From Bacteroidota bacterium (GTDB taxonomy: Bacteria; Bacteroidota; Bacteroidia; AKYH767-A; 2013-40CM-41-45), in NCBI GenBank assembly GCA_016711505.1, contig JADJSV010000018.1, positions 320,352 to 384,351 on the forward strand: a stretch of 64,000 nt of DNA, read 5' to 3'. The number at the start of each line of letters is the position of its first letter. The stretch's first letter is position 1. Below the pieces are notes generated by a model that had not been told where the DNA came from, made no database searches, and saw only the letters and a program-made list of their open reading frames with translations. Of this stretch, positions 10,518 through 21,085 are shown piece after piece. A program made the position numbers and the translations under genes.

Positions 10518-10910
10518 AGTAAAATTGTACTTCAAATAGTCTTAACTCATTACAATCTTTTCTTACATCTTATTTTCTGTCGGCATTTTTATTTAAACAA
10601 CTATTTTCATTAAAATGATATTATATAACAGGATGTTTCCAATTTATTGTATTCTGAATTTCTGAAATTATAAATGAACACTATAGAAAAGTTCAATTTT
10701 CTTACAGTTATTCTTCAGAATTTCAATCTTGGAAAAATTCAAAATGAGTCATTTTAACTTAATTTCAAGGAACTTTAATTTCTAAGCTGCCGTTTGAATT
10801 CACAGATAGGTCTAAGCCCACACTTGGAATTATCTGCTTTCACAATTTCTTTCCAAAGAATTTGCAGAAGCATTTTAATTGAAATTAAATAAATACCACA
10901 CATATCCATT

Positions 10911-12494
10911 ATGAAAATTCATCCACACAATGCCTCTATGGAGGTGAATTCTGTTTACAAAACAAAACGCTTTGTAAATAAAATCAAAACAAGTTTAATA
11001 CTTGTTTTCTCAATTCTATCCCTAAATGGAATTGTATCAGCAAACAATCTTCAGATCACCGGTATCTCCGTGAATCAGACTGCAAAGACAGTTTCTTTCT
11101 CTGTGTCATGGGATAATAGCTGGAACATTGCCGGTACCGGAGTTCCTAACAACTGGGATGCAGTATGGATCTTTATTAAGTATAAAGATTGTAATGCTAC
11201 ATCAGCTATTCCATTTACACATGGAGCTTTAAGTAATGTACTTGCGAATCATACTATTCCTGCTTCACTGGAAGCAATGACTTCTGTCAACTGGAATGGT
11301 ACATCAGGTATTACTGAAAGCGTTGCTCAAGGTGCAACACTTGATTTTACGGATGGTATTATGTTGCGTCCAAAAGTTACAGGTACCGGAACTCTGGCTG
11401 CCTCAACTGTTGTACTAAACGTTCCTGCCCTTCCTGGTCCGGGAACAAACTTAAGCGTAAATGTTTTCGGAATAGAAATGGTTTACGTTCCTCAAGGTGA
11501 TTTTACAATTGGTGATGGTAGCGGTACTACTGCTGCTGTAAATAGTTTCCTTGGTTCAAACGTTCTGAACTCTGCATCTATGACAGTTACAGGTGCTTTT
11601 GAAACAGGTACATCTACTTTTTATATGAACAACGAACCGGTTGGTTCTGTACTTACAGTAAATAACGTATCGGCTGCTTTTCCAAAAGGCAATTACGGAT
11701 TCTATATGACAAAGTATGAAATTACAGAAGGTCAGTATATGGAATTCCTGAACACACTTGGAACTGCACAACAAACTACCCGTGCACCGGGAAGCTTTGG
11801 TACAAACAGAAATCAACTTCAACAAGCAGTACTTCCATATTCAACAACTCGTCCCGACAGAGCTCAAAACTTTTTAGGATGGGCTGATGTTACTGCATAT
11901 CTTGATTGGGCATGTTTACGTCCGGGATCAGAAACAGAATTTGAAAAAGCTTGTCGTGGTAACGGATCAACTTTAGGTGAATATGCCTGGGGAAATCTTG
12001 TTATCGCCCCGGGAACAACTTTCGCAGGTGCTGCAACGGAAAATGGAACAGAAACTTTCATCGCCGGAAATTGCACATATGGTAACGGTACTTATACTAA
12101 CGGTGACGGTGCCATTGGACCTGCACGTGTTGGGATCTATGCTACATCAAGCAGTACTCGTCAGACAGCAGGTGCTTCTTATTTCGGTATCATGGATATG
12201 AGTGGAAATGTAATGGAATATTATGTTGGTATTCACTCAACGCCTGCTTCTAATGCTTTGACTCGTACATGGGGAAATGGAGCACTTGATGCTGCAGGTC
12301 AACATGATGTTACTACATGGCCTGCCAATAACACAACTGCGACTAACGGTAGTGCTGCAAACTTAATCGGTTTACGCGGCGGTGCTTATAACAACGGTAT
12401 TGCACAGCTTCAGGTATCTGATAGAAACTATATGTATAATAACCCGAACCAAATTGGTAGAAATGCTCAAAATGGCGGACGGGGTATCAGATAA
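10911..12494 (+). CDS. secreted FGE-sulfatase (SUMF1) fold protein, GldJ/GldK-like
   Basis: Signal peptide, then FGE-domain signatures: IEMVYVPQGDFTIGDG, YMTKYEITEGQYMEFLN, GWADVTAYLDWACLRPGSETEFEKACRGNG..YAWGN, GIMDMSGNVMEYYVG, GLRGGAYNN. No Cys in the last ~130 aa, where FGE catalytic cysteines would sit, so probably non-catalytic like GldJ/GldK. Confidence 0.65.
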   Translation: MKIHPHNASMEVNSVYKTKRFVNKIKTSLILVFSILSLNGIVSANNLQITGISVNQTAKTVSFSVSWDNSWNIAGTGVPNNWDAVWIFIKYKDCNATSAIPFTHGALSNVLANHTIPASLEAMTSVNWNGTSGITESVAQGATLDFTDGIMLRPKVTGTGTLAASTVVLNVPALPGPGTNLSVNVFGIEMVYVPQGDFTIGDGSGTTAAVNSFLGSNVLNSASMTVTGAFETGTSTFYMNNEPVGSVLTVNNVSAAFPKGNYGFYMTKYEITEGQYMEFLNTLGTAQQTTRAPGSFGTNRNQLQQAVLPYSTTRPDRAQNFLGWADVTAYLDWACLRPGSETEFEKACRGNGSTLGEYAWGNLVIAPGTTFAGAATENGTETFIAGNCTYGNGTYTNGDGAIGPARVGIYATSSSTRQTAGASYFGIMDMSGNVMEYYVGIHSTPASNALTRTWGNGALDAAGQHDVTTWPANNTTATNGSAANLIGLRGGAYNNGIAQLQVSDRNYMYNNPNQIGRNAQNGGRGIR

Positions 12495-12560
12495 TCTCTT
12501 TATCATTTTATCCTTTCTCAAGGACCTTGGATGATCCTTCGTGGAAAGTGTTATTGAAAT

Positions 12561-12598
12561 AGTAATAGGACAGAGATATTACATCTCTTCCTATTACT
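12561..12598 (+). terminator. putative terminator hairpin downstream of the FGE-like gene
   Basis: AGTAATAGGACAGAGAT / ATCTCTTCCTATTACT imperfect 16-bp stem with ATTAC loop, followed by an A/T-rich stretch. Confidence 0.35.
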
Positions 12599-12734
12599 TA
12601 TTTTAAATCATTACAAAAAAATTTAATAGTAAAAGTTTAATCACTTTAGCAGTTGTACTGGCTGATCGTTGATTGCATTAATTAGATGCTTCCGGTTTGA
12701 CAATGCATGTTAGTGTTGATCTATAATAAAATTT

Positions 12735-15279
12735 ATGCGGACCAGTTTTATCCTCGCCTTAATTATTTTATTCAGGCTCCCTGCATTTTCGCAATACAGG
12801 GGAGGAGATTATAGTGGTTCTGCTGTTTCAATTAGTTCTTGCGTTTCAACTTACTCACCATTTTCAGGAGGATCAAATGACGGATCTTCATTGTCGCAAA
12901 CTGTTTCCTGTTCAAGTTCAGCAAATATTTATAAAGGTGGTTCATATGACGGCATAGGTGTCAGCATGACTTCATGTACAATGGTTGAAATCTACAAAGG
13001 TGGATCTTACCAGGGTTCTTCAATGAGCGCGATTGTTTGTGCAACTACAATTTACAGTGGCGGAGCTTTCAATGGCGGTGGATTTAATTCATGGAATAGT
13101 TGTCAGGGAAATATTTATAATGGCGGAAGAAATTCCGGATTTTCAGTTTACAAATTTGAATGTACTGTTGCAGCTTCCGTTTTTACCGGTGGTGCATACG
13201 ATGGTTTCAGCCTTAGTGCCGGTACATGTGTTACAACTTCGCCACCAATTTATACCGGTGGTCCATACGATGGTTTTTCTACCAGTAAAACATCTTGTAT
13301 AGTTTCGGCTTCTATTTTAAAGGCGGATCTTATAGTGGCTATGCAGTAGATACAGCTTCTAATTGTTTCTTTTCTTCACTCAGTATATTTTTTGGTGGCC
13401 CATATGATGGTTCTTCTGTCGATAAATTTGCACCATGTCCGACTTCATTTTCAATTTACTCAGGCGGATCTTATGATGGATTTCATCTTAATAGCATCTC
13501 TTGCCCGCCACCAATCACTGCAATTTATCAAGGCGGTTCATATGATGGATTCAGTTTGAATTCAGCAAGCTGTGCTGTTGCTGCCAGCATTTATAAGGGT
13601 GGCCCCTATGATGGATTCTCATCTTCAGGATTCTCATGTGTGTATTCAAATCTGATATACAGAGGTGGACCTTACGATGGAACTTCAGAAGATGGTGTCG
13701 CTTGTCCGGTTGCTGCCAGTATTTTTATTGGTGGATCTTATGATGGGTATGCAAGTAATCCTTTTGTTGCTTGTCCAAGCCCGATCAATATTTATAACGG
13801 CGGACCTTATGATGGTTTCAGTTCAAGTAGCACAACATGTATTTCAGTCTCTGTGTTTACCGGTGGCTCGTATAGTGGGTTTTCTGTAAATACGGTTTCA
13901 TCATGTACATTTGCTGCCAGTATTTATTCAGGTGGGCCTTACGATGGAAATAGTCAGGATTTCACAACTTGTCAGTCTACAATTTATTCAGGAGGTTCAT
14001 TCAGCGGTTATTCAATGGACAGTTACATCGCATGTCTGGCGGATATCTACAAAGGTGGTTCTTATGATGGCCATTCTATTAATTCAACTTTATGTGCACC
14101 ACCAATTACAGCAATTTATCACGGTGGTTCGTATGATGGTTTAGCAGTTGGAAAAATTTCTTGCTCTGTTGCTGCTACTATATTCTCCGGTGGACCTTAT
14201 GATGGACACTCAGTTATTGGAACTTCTTGTCCATTACCAATTACAGCTTTTTACAAAGGCGGTCCATACCAGGGAAGTTCTGTCAGCAGTCTCACTTGCG
14301 GACCGATGAGTATTATCTTCAAAGGCGGAGCATATGATGGTTCTTCCAATTCAGGAACTTCATGTGCTGTTGCTGCGACGATCTACAAAGGAGGTTCTTA
14401 TGATGGCTTTGCAAATAACGGTATTGCATGTTTACCGGTTGCACAAATTTTTACCGGAGGTTCTTATAATGGATTCTCAAATAGCAAAACCACTTGTCCA
14501 TCGACAGTTTCAATTTACTTCGGAGGATCATATGATGGCTTCTCTGCAAATATTGATGCTTGTCCTGCACCACCGGGATCAATTTTCAGTGGTGGACCAT
14601 TCGATGGACATTCAAAAGGTGTTAGAAACGAATGCGCAACATTATTTACATTCCTGAATGGAGGAATTCACGACGGTGGTGCACTTGCAAGTACAGGTTG
14701 TTTAATTCCGCTGCCGGTTGAATTACTTTATTTCAATGCACAACTCACAGATCAGGAAACAAATCCTAATGTGCTTTGTACATGGGCAACTGCAAGTGAA
14801 ACAAATAATGATTTCTTTACTGTAGAAAAAACGATCGACTTCTTTATATATGAAAAAGTTGGTATCGTTCCGGAAAAGGTAACTCAACACACTTCCAGTC
14901 TTATTCATTTGTTGATCCGAGACCATATCCGGGTACTTCATACTATCGTTTGAAACAAACTGACTTCAATGGCAATGAAGAATACTCAAGAACTGTTTCT
15001 ATAGATCTGAATAAACCTGATGAATTAACTTTGGAAGTTTATCCGAATCCGGTAGTCGGTCCGTTCATTAACGTTAGCATTTCCGGAAGTCGAAATCAGG
15101 AAGTCGAACTGAAGATCGTTGATATGCTTGGTAAAGAGCAATACTCTCAAAACATCACATTGAACGACAGAGTTGCTTCCGTTGCGATCAAGAATGATCA
15201 CTTCATTTCAGGAATCTATTATGTTATTGTAAATAGCGGAACGAAGGACAGGGTGTTTAAGAAAATTATGATTCAATAG
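12735..15279 (+). CDS. Cys-periodic 'GG-x-Y-D-G' tandem-repeat cell-surface protein with type-A T9SS C-terminal sorting domain; split into 3 ORFs by two 1-nt homopolymer frameshifts
   Basis: Signal peptide, then about 28 tandem 23-26-aa repeats (C-x5-7-[IV][YF]-x-GG-[SPA]-[YF]-[DNSQ]-G-x-S). They are followed by the conserved pre-CTD module (LPVELLYFNA...FTVEK..D...YYRLKQTDFNGNEEYS) and a Por-secretion tail (LEVYPNPVVG...GIYYVIV). Frameshifts at 13315-13321 (T4/A3 run) and 14874-14877 (A4 run) join ORFs 12735-13349, 13295-14953 and 14950-15279. Confidence 0.6.
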
Positions 15280-15296
15280 TATTCTGGAGTTATATT

Positions 15297-15391
15297 TTAA
15301 CACTAAGGTCACTAAAATTTGTCACAAGAACACTTATGAAAAAAGCATCACTTGTGCTCTTGTGCTAAAAATTTAGTGATCTTAGTGTTAA
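15297..15391. repeat. MITE-like palindromic element, copy A
   Basis: TTAACACTAAGGTCACTAAA ... TTTAGTGATCTTAGTGTTAA terminal inverted repeats (20 bp, 1 mismatch) enclosing a nested inverted repeat (CACAAGAACAC / GTGCTCTTGTG). A second copy lies at 37853-37958. Confidence 0.5.
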
Positions 15392-15402
15392 AATTAATAG
15401 GT

Positions 15403-16220
15403 ATGCTTAAACGGATAATACCATCCACAGGAGAATTACTACCTGCTATCGGTCTCGGCACGTGGCAAAGTTTTGATGTTGACGAAAGCAATCAATCAAA
15501 CTTAATTCCGGTTTTGGAGGAGCTGCACAACAGTGGCGGAAGATTGATCGATAGTTCACCAATGTATGGAAGATCTGAAACTGTTATTGGAAACCTCACA
15601 TCCAAATTAAAATCAAGAAATGATTTTTTCTACGCAACTAAAGTCTGGACAACCGGAAGACAAGCCGGTATCGATCAGATGAAATCATCTATGAAAAAAA
15701 TGCAGCGGGAGAAAATCGACTTGATGCAAATTCATAATCTGCTCGACTGGAAAACGCATTTGCCCGTTTTAAGAGAATGGAAAGAAGAAGGAATTATAAA
15801 ATACATTGGCATCACGCATTACCAGGATTCAATGCATGATGAACTTGCCAAAATAATTTCTTCAGAAAAAATTGATTTCGTTCAGTTTAATTACTCAATC
15901 GATTCATTGCATGCGGAAAAAGATTAATGAAAGTTGCCGGAGACAATGGTGTTGCAATTTTGATCAACAGACCATTTGGTGAAGGGAGATTGTTTGAAAA
16001 AGTAAAAGGAAAAAAATTACCGGAATGGTGTATTGAAGTCGGAATAAAAAACTGGAGTGAGTACTTTCTGAAATTTATTCTTGCTGATCCTAATGTTACA
16101 TGCGTTATTCCTGCAACTTCTGATGTTCAACATGCAGTAGAAAACTATCGTGCCGGTTCAGTTTCTATTCCGGATTTCGATTTGAGTCGGAAAATGGTCA
16201 ACTTTTTGAATTATATCTGA
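15403..16220 (+). CDS. aldo/keto reductase (one 1-nt frameshift in an A5 run at 15917-15921)
   Basis: AKR signatures (GLGTW, SPMYG, IGITHY); ORFs 15352-15927 and 15927-16220 rejoin as ...HAEKRLMKVAGDNGVA after adding one A. ATG at 15403; the upstream ORF extension overlaps the MITE-like element. Confidence 0.7.
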
Positions 16221-16304
16221 TTGAATATTGACATTGAATTTTAGTTACCATAGAATTTTCAGAAATTAAATAAATATACAAAGAAAAAGAATCAATCTCA
16301 TATG

Positions 16305-18829
16305 CTAGTTTTTAACGAACATTGCGCTACTGGAAAAATCGTTCGAGGATAATTTGATTAAATATATACCATTTTCAAGATGAGTGACATCAATCTTGAC
16401 TGAATATTCAGAACCTGTCACATCTATCATTTCAACAACTCTTCCAGTCATGTCCAAAATTTGGATTCTGATTGAGCCGATTCTTATTTGTTGAAAAATA
16501 TTATATATGTTCAATATTTCATGGCAAGGATTTGGGCCAATTGAAATTAAATCACCGTGAAGATTATTAGTATTTGTACATATGTCAACAATAATGGATA
16601 TGCTGTCTGATTGAATACAGTTGTTACTATCTGTAACAATGACAGTAGCTAGCATTGTATCTGCCACAGAAGAAGTGTAATTGAAAAACGGACCACTGTC
16701 TCCGTTCTGCCATAAATAGCTTGTGAAATTTGTTCCTGCATTTAGAATTATCGATTGGTTTATACAGATGGTCGTATCAGGCCCTAAAGTTGGTGGTGCA
16801 ATTGAATTTCCTATAACACTTATTGTGTCAGTGGACGAACATTGATTTGAATCTATTAAAGTACAGAAATAGGTTCCGGGATTGTGAATGATAAATTGTG
16901 AACTGTTGGATCCGTCATTCCATAGAATGGAATCGGAAGAAGGAATATTAAGTTGGATGGAATCATTTAAACAAAGAACCCTATCAGCGCCAAGTTGGAT
17001 AAACGGCAGCGGGAGAATAAGAATTTCATTTGATCTTACATTGTTTGCACAAGATGTGTTGACTTGTATCTGAAAATTGCTGGAAAAGGAATTACAAAAA
17101 TTGGTTGATTTGAAGTAGAAATAACTGACCCATCTTCTACCAGACTGTACAGATAATTACCTGATAATGGTGGCGAAACTATTGCAACAAGTGTATCTCC
17201 AATACAAGCTGTAGTTGGAAACAATGATAGAGTATGATTATTGCCACGCAAAGTAAATGATGTTGATATTTGTTGGCCGATGGAATCTGTAACAGTTAGA
17301 ATAAACATTGTATTACTATCAGGAAAAAATATTGGCATCTCTGAATTTGGATATAGAATATTTAAAGTGTCATTCCAGTTTATTGAATATGGTGGATATC
17401 CACCTGATATAGTTATCAGACCATAATTTGGACTACGCTGACAACTAATCGTGTCACTAAAATTAATAGAAACTGTAAGTATATTGACGGTGTCAATTAC
17501 CCATGAATAATGTTCGTATTTATGGTTTAACGGATAGTGATATCTATCTGAATAAATTAAATTATCATTTACGTCGTATTGGAAATAGTAATTATAACCA
17601 TCTGAACCTGTACGATCACTTAGTACTTTTCCTGTTGAATTGTATTCAATGCCTGTGGAACTGAGATATGTCAGCACCCCGGAATTGAATGAATAGTATG
17701 TTATCAAATAACCTCCAAAATTTCCGAAAGTGTATTTTGTAAGTTTAACAGTGTCGTTGCATAATCCACTCGGACATTCAATTTCGAAACGATCAATGGT
17801 TGATGGGGCTTGGGTATAATCGAATAGAAATAGGTTGGTGTTCTGATAAACTCCTGAAATATATTGCTGACATGTAGAATCAATCGGTTGTCCTATCGGA
17901 TCTCTTGTGATTAGATAACGGTAGGTTGTATATGTTGGAATTCCTGAAACAGATGTGACTTCATTGATGTCAGTCTGTATTAAAAAATTATTATTATCAT
18001 AAGTGTTTATTGTAATAGTTGAATCAGGTGTTCCTGTAAAATAATTAATCTGCAGACTTTGAGAAATATTTCCGGCTGCATTGAATTGATAATTTGCAGT
18101 ATCTAATAGGCTAAATATGCCGAAATTCATTCCCCTAAATCCATATATTTCAAGTTGACCACTTGAAGAATATTGAAATGATTGCCGATAAGTTTCAGTG
18201 AGAACTGTATTGTTGATGGACTGAATAGTAAAAAGTATGACGTTGCCATTAATATCATATGTACAAGTACGCCTTTCTTTAAGTATTGGAATGCCGGTCG
18301 GAGAATAAAAATAGTATTCCCTGAGGATTGCTCTCCCAAATGCATCACGAGTTATCTCCCATTTGTCATAAAAAATATAGGATGTAGAATCAATTTGAAA
18401 TCTGTCAATTGTAATTGTATCATTATTGGCATCTCTATCAACTGTTGTTAAAATATGAAGCTTGAAATCGAATAAACTGTCAATTGTCAGTTCGTCATTT
18501 AGGTCATAGTAATAATGATGAACACTATTTAAAGCATACCCTAGCGTATCAATCGAAAGAAAATTACTATCTGTGATCAAATTCCAATTCAAGTCATAAT
18601 AATAATTTACATATTCCCCATAAGATTGAGGATAATAAGCATCAAAAGTACGTCCAACTTTTTCTGCTTTTATTAAATGTCCTTCGGAATCATATCTTTT
18701 TACACCATAACTTTGAGAATATAAATTTCCGCTCACTTCCAACTCACCTCTGGTTATTGCAAGGCTGTCTTGTCCTGATGAGTATATAAAATTGAGAATT
18801 AGAATTATAAACGGGAAAGTTGTTTTCAT
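16305..18829 (-). CDS. YD-repeat plus SprB-repeat T9SS cargo protein (frameshifted between 16667 and 17036)
   Basis: Signal peptide; YD-repeat-like units (RYDSEGHLI, TYDINGNVI, QYDVNDNLIYSD); SprB-type motif SGGYPPYSINW; the downstream fragment 16305-16667 carries the Por-secretion tail (GIYLIKLSSNDFSSSAMFVKN). Confidence 0.55.
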
Positions 18830-19162
18830 AATATTGAATATAATTATAAGTAGGAAGTTAATGTAAAAAATGAAGTGAAATCTATTAATTGAGATTTTAT
18901 TTTACATATATATTGTGCATTATTGCCCAAATTCCCATCTTCCTCAAGTCTAATATACCTCAGGCCAAAGTATAGTAAGATGAATTAATTGTTTTGTTTT
19001 ACATTTAGATTTATAATTCCTGTCCTTTATGCTAAACCGAATCATCTCATCAACCTAAGAGAATACAACGAGAGAAAACAGACTTGATATTTGCTCTAAA
19101 AATCGCTTTCCTTCCAGCCACTTTTTGAATCTCAAGAACTTTTCTTATTTTCATAGCCACAT

Positions 19163-21076
19163 TTGCTGAATTTATATTTTACCGTTAACCCTAAAATTAA
19201 TTCTCATGAAAAATATTTACTTACTTTCCTCTTAATTATTTCGATCAACCAACTATTTGCTCAATGTACTGTTTCGTTAATTGGTGTTACTAACTCGGGT
19301 TGCGATAATCAGAGTGGACAAATAACTTTACAAGCAGATAGCGGAACTGCTCCATACACATTTTATTTTCAGGCAAACCCGAATTCCACTTCCGGTTTAT
19401 ATACTATAACCAGCTTGACTGCCGGTGTATATAGTTTTTTTACGATCGATGCAAGTGGTGATACATGTAGTGGTGCTACGACAGCTACAGTTCTTCCAAT
19501 TTCTGCAAATCCGCTGAGTGTAACTTATAATTTAATCTATCCTTCATGTTTTACTTGCAATGATGGAAGTATTTCACCCAGTGTGTTTGGAGGATCTCCT
19601 CCTTATTCGTATTCGTGGAGTAATGGTGTAACAACACCTATAGCGAGTAATCTTTTAAGTGGGATTTATATATTTTATGCAGTTGATGGAAACGGTTGTA
19701 TGGTAACTGACACCATTAATCTTTATCCGGGACATCATTCTATCACAGGTACCGTTTATTGGGATTTGAATGGAAATGGGTTAATAGATTCTACAGACAT
19801 AGGTTTAAACGGTCAACAGATATTGCTTACTCCATCAATGCAAATTGCTTATACGAATCAAAATGGAAATTATCTTTTAAATGATACAATAGGAAATTAC
19901 ACAATTGAATATTCTGCAATAGGAAATTTTTCAATTGCAGGTGGACCTGTTTCATACAATATTGTACTTAACAGCGATACAACAGGATTTGATTTTTTAA
20001 TAATGCCGGATACGTTTTATCATGAAATGACTTCTTCCATTACTGCTCCGCTTACACGTTGTAATCTAGTTGGTGGAATCATTACCAGTTTTCAGAATAT
20101 AGGAACATATTTAGATTCTTTTACTGTTGAATTGACATTAGATACCAATTTGGTATATAATTATTCATATCCCGCAGGAACGGTAAACGGTCAAACAATC
20201 ACATATAGTTTTGCAAATTTAGTTCCCGGACAAACTATTAATATTCAAACGTCCTGTTTGTTTCCAGCGGCTGGTAGTGTTTTTGAGATCAATGGAGTAG
20301 TAAATCAATTTGACACAGCTGGTGTCATAGTCAATCAAAATATTCTTCATTTTACAAATACCGTTAGGTGCTCTTATGATCCGAATGATAAATCTGCATT
20401 CCCTCTCGGTGTAGGTGTAGACAGCGCTGTAGTTATGGATCAGGAATTATTATATCAGATCCGTTTTCAAAATACAGGGAATGATACTGCATTTAATGTT
20501 TTTGTGATGGATACTCTTGATGCAGGATTGAACCCTCAATCAATGCAATTGGTTGGTACTTCTCATCCGTGTACAGTAGAAAGAATGAATAATAACATTC
20601 TGAAATTTAATTTTGATAATATTCTTTTACCTGATAGTAATATTGACGAAGCTTCAAGTCACGGTTATATCTTATTCCGTATAAGCGGAAGTTCATCGAA
20701 TGTTGATCCTACGCCTGTAAATAATACAGCATATATTTATTTTGATCAGAATGCTCCTGTGGTGACGAATACTACCATGAGAACTTTCAGCAATAATCTT
20801 GTTTCCGGAATTCGCGATTTAAAAAGATCAATTGACTTTTCTATTCAGCCAATGCCTGTCACGGATCATGCTCGTGTGATCATCAACTCCAATGAAACCG
20901 GAAACTATGAGATTTTAATTTATGATCTTCTTGGTAAGAAAAATTTCATTGCTGATAAATTTGTTGGCATTGAATATTTATTGAACACAGAAAAACTTTC
21001 AAAAGGAGTTTACATTGTTCAGATCACAAATGTAAAAACTTCTGAATCCGGAAATTTAAAACTCATTAAACAATAA
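19163..21076 (+). CDS. SprB-repeat / DUF11-like T9SS cargo protein
   Basis: Cys-rich SprB repeats (GGSPPYSYSWSNG), CSYDPNDK conserved-repeat-domain signature, C-terminal Por-secretion tail (YEILIYDLLGKK...GVYIVQI). Apparent TTG start. Confidence 0.6.
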   Translation: MLNLYFTVNPKINSHEKYLLTFLLIISINQLFAQCTVSLIGVTNSGCDNQSGQITLQADSGTAPYTFYFQANPNSTSGLYTITSLTAGVYSFFTIDASGDTCSGATTATVLPISANPLSVTYNLIYPSCFTCNDGSISPSVFGGSPPYSYSWSNGVTTPIASNLLSGIYIFYAVDGNGCMVTDTINLYPGHHSITGTVYWDLNGNGLIDSTDIGLNGQQILLTPSMQIAYTNQNGNYLLNDTIGNYTIEYSAIGNFSIAGGPVSYNIVLNSDTTGFDFLIMPDTFYHEMTSSITAPLTRCNLVGGIITSFQNIGTYLDSFTVELTLDTNLVYNYSYPAGTVNGQTITYSFANLVPGQTINIQTSCLFPAAGSVFEINGVVNQFDTAGVIVNQNILHFTNTVRCSYDPNDKSAFPLGVGVDSAVVMDQELLYQIRFQNTGNDTAFNVFVMDTLDAGLNPQSMQLVGTSHPCTVERMNNNILKFNFDNILLPDSNIDEASSHGYILFRISGSSSNVDPTPVNNTAYIYFDQNAPVVTNTTMRTFSNNLVSGIRDLKRSIDFSIQPMPVTDHARVIINSNETGNYEILIYDLLGKKNFIADKFVGIEYLLNTEKLSKGVYIVQITNVKTSESGNLKLIKQ

Positions 21077-21085
21077 TCTATTTGC

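Noticed and set aside
10520-10910. Riboswitch or small RNA in the 390-bp AT-rich intergenic region upstream of the FGE-like gene
   Set aside because: No conserved riboswitch core sequence or convincing stem architecture is visible by eye. It may simply be a long promoter/UTR. Left unannotated.
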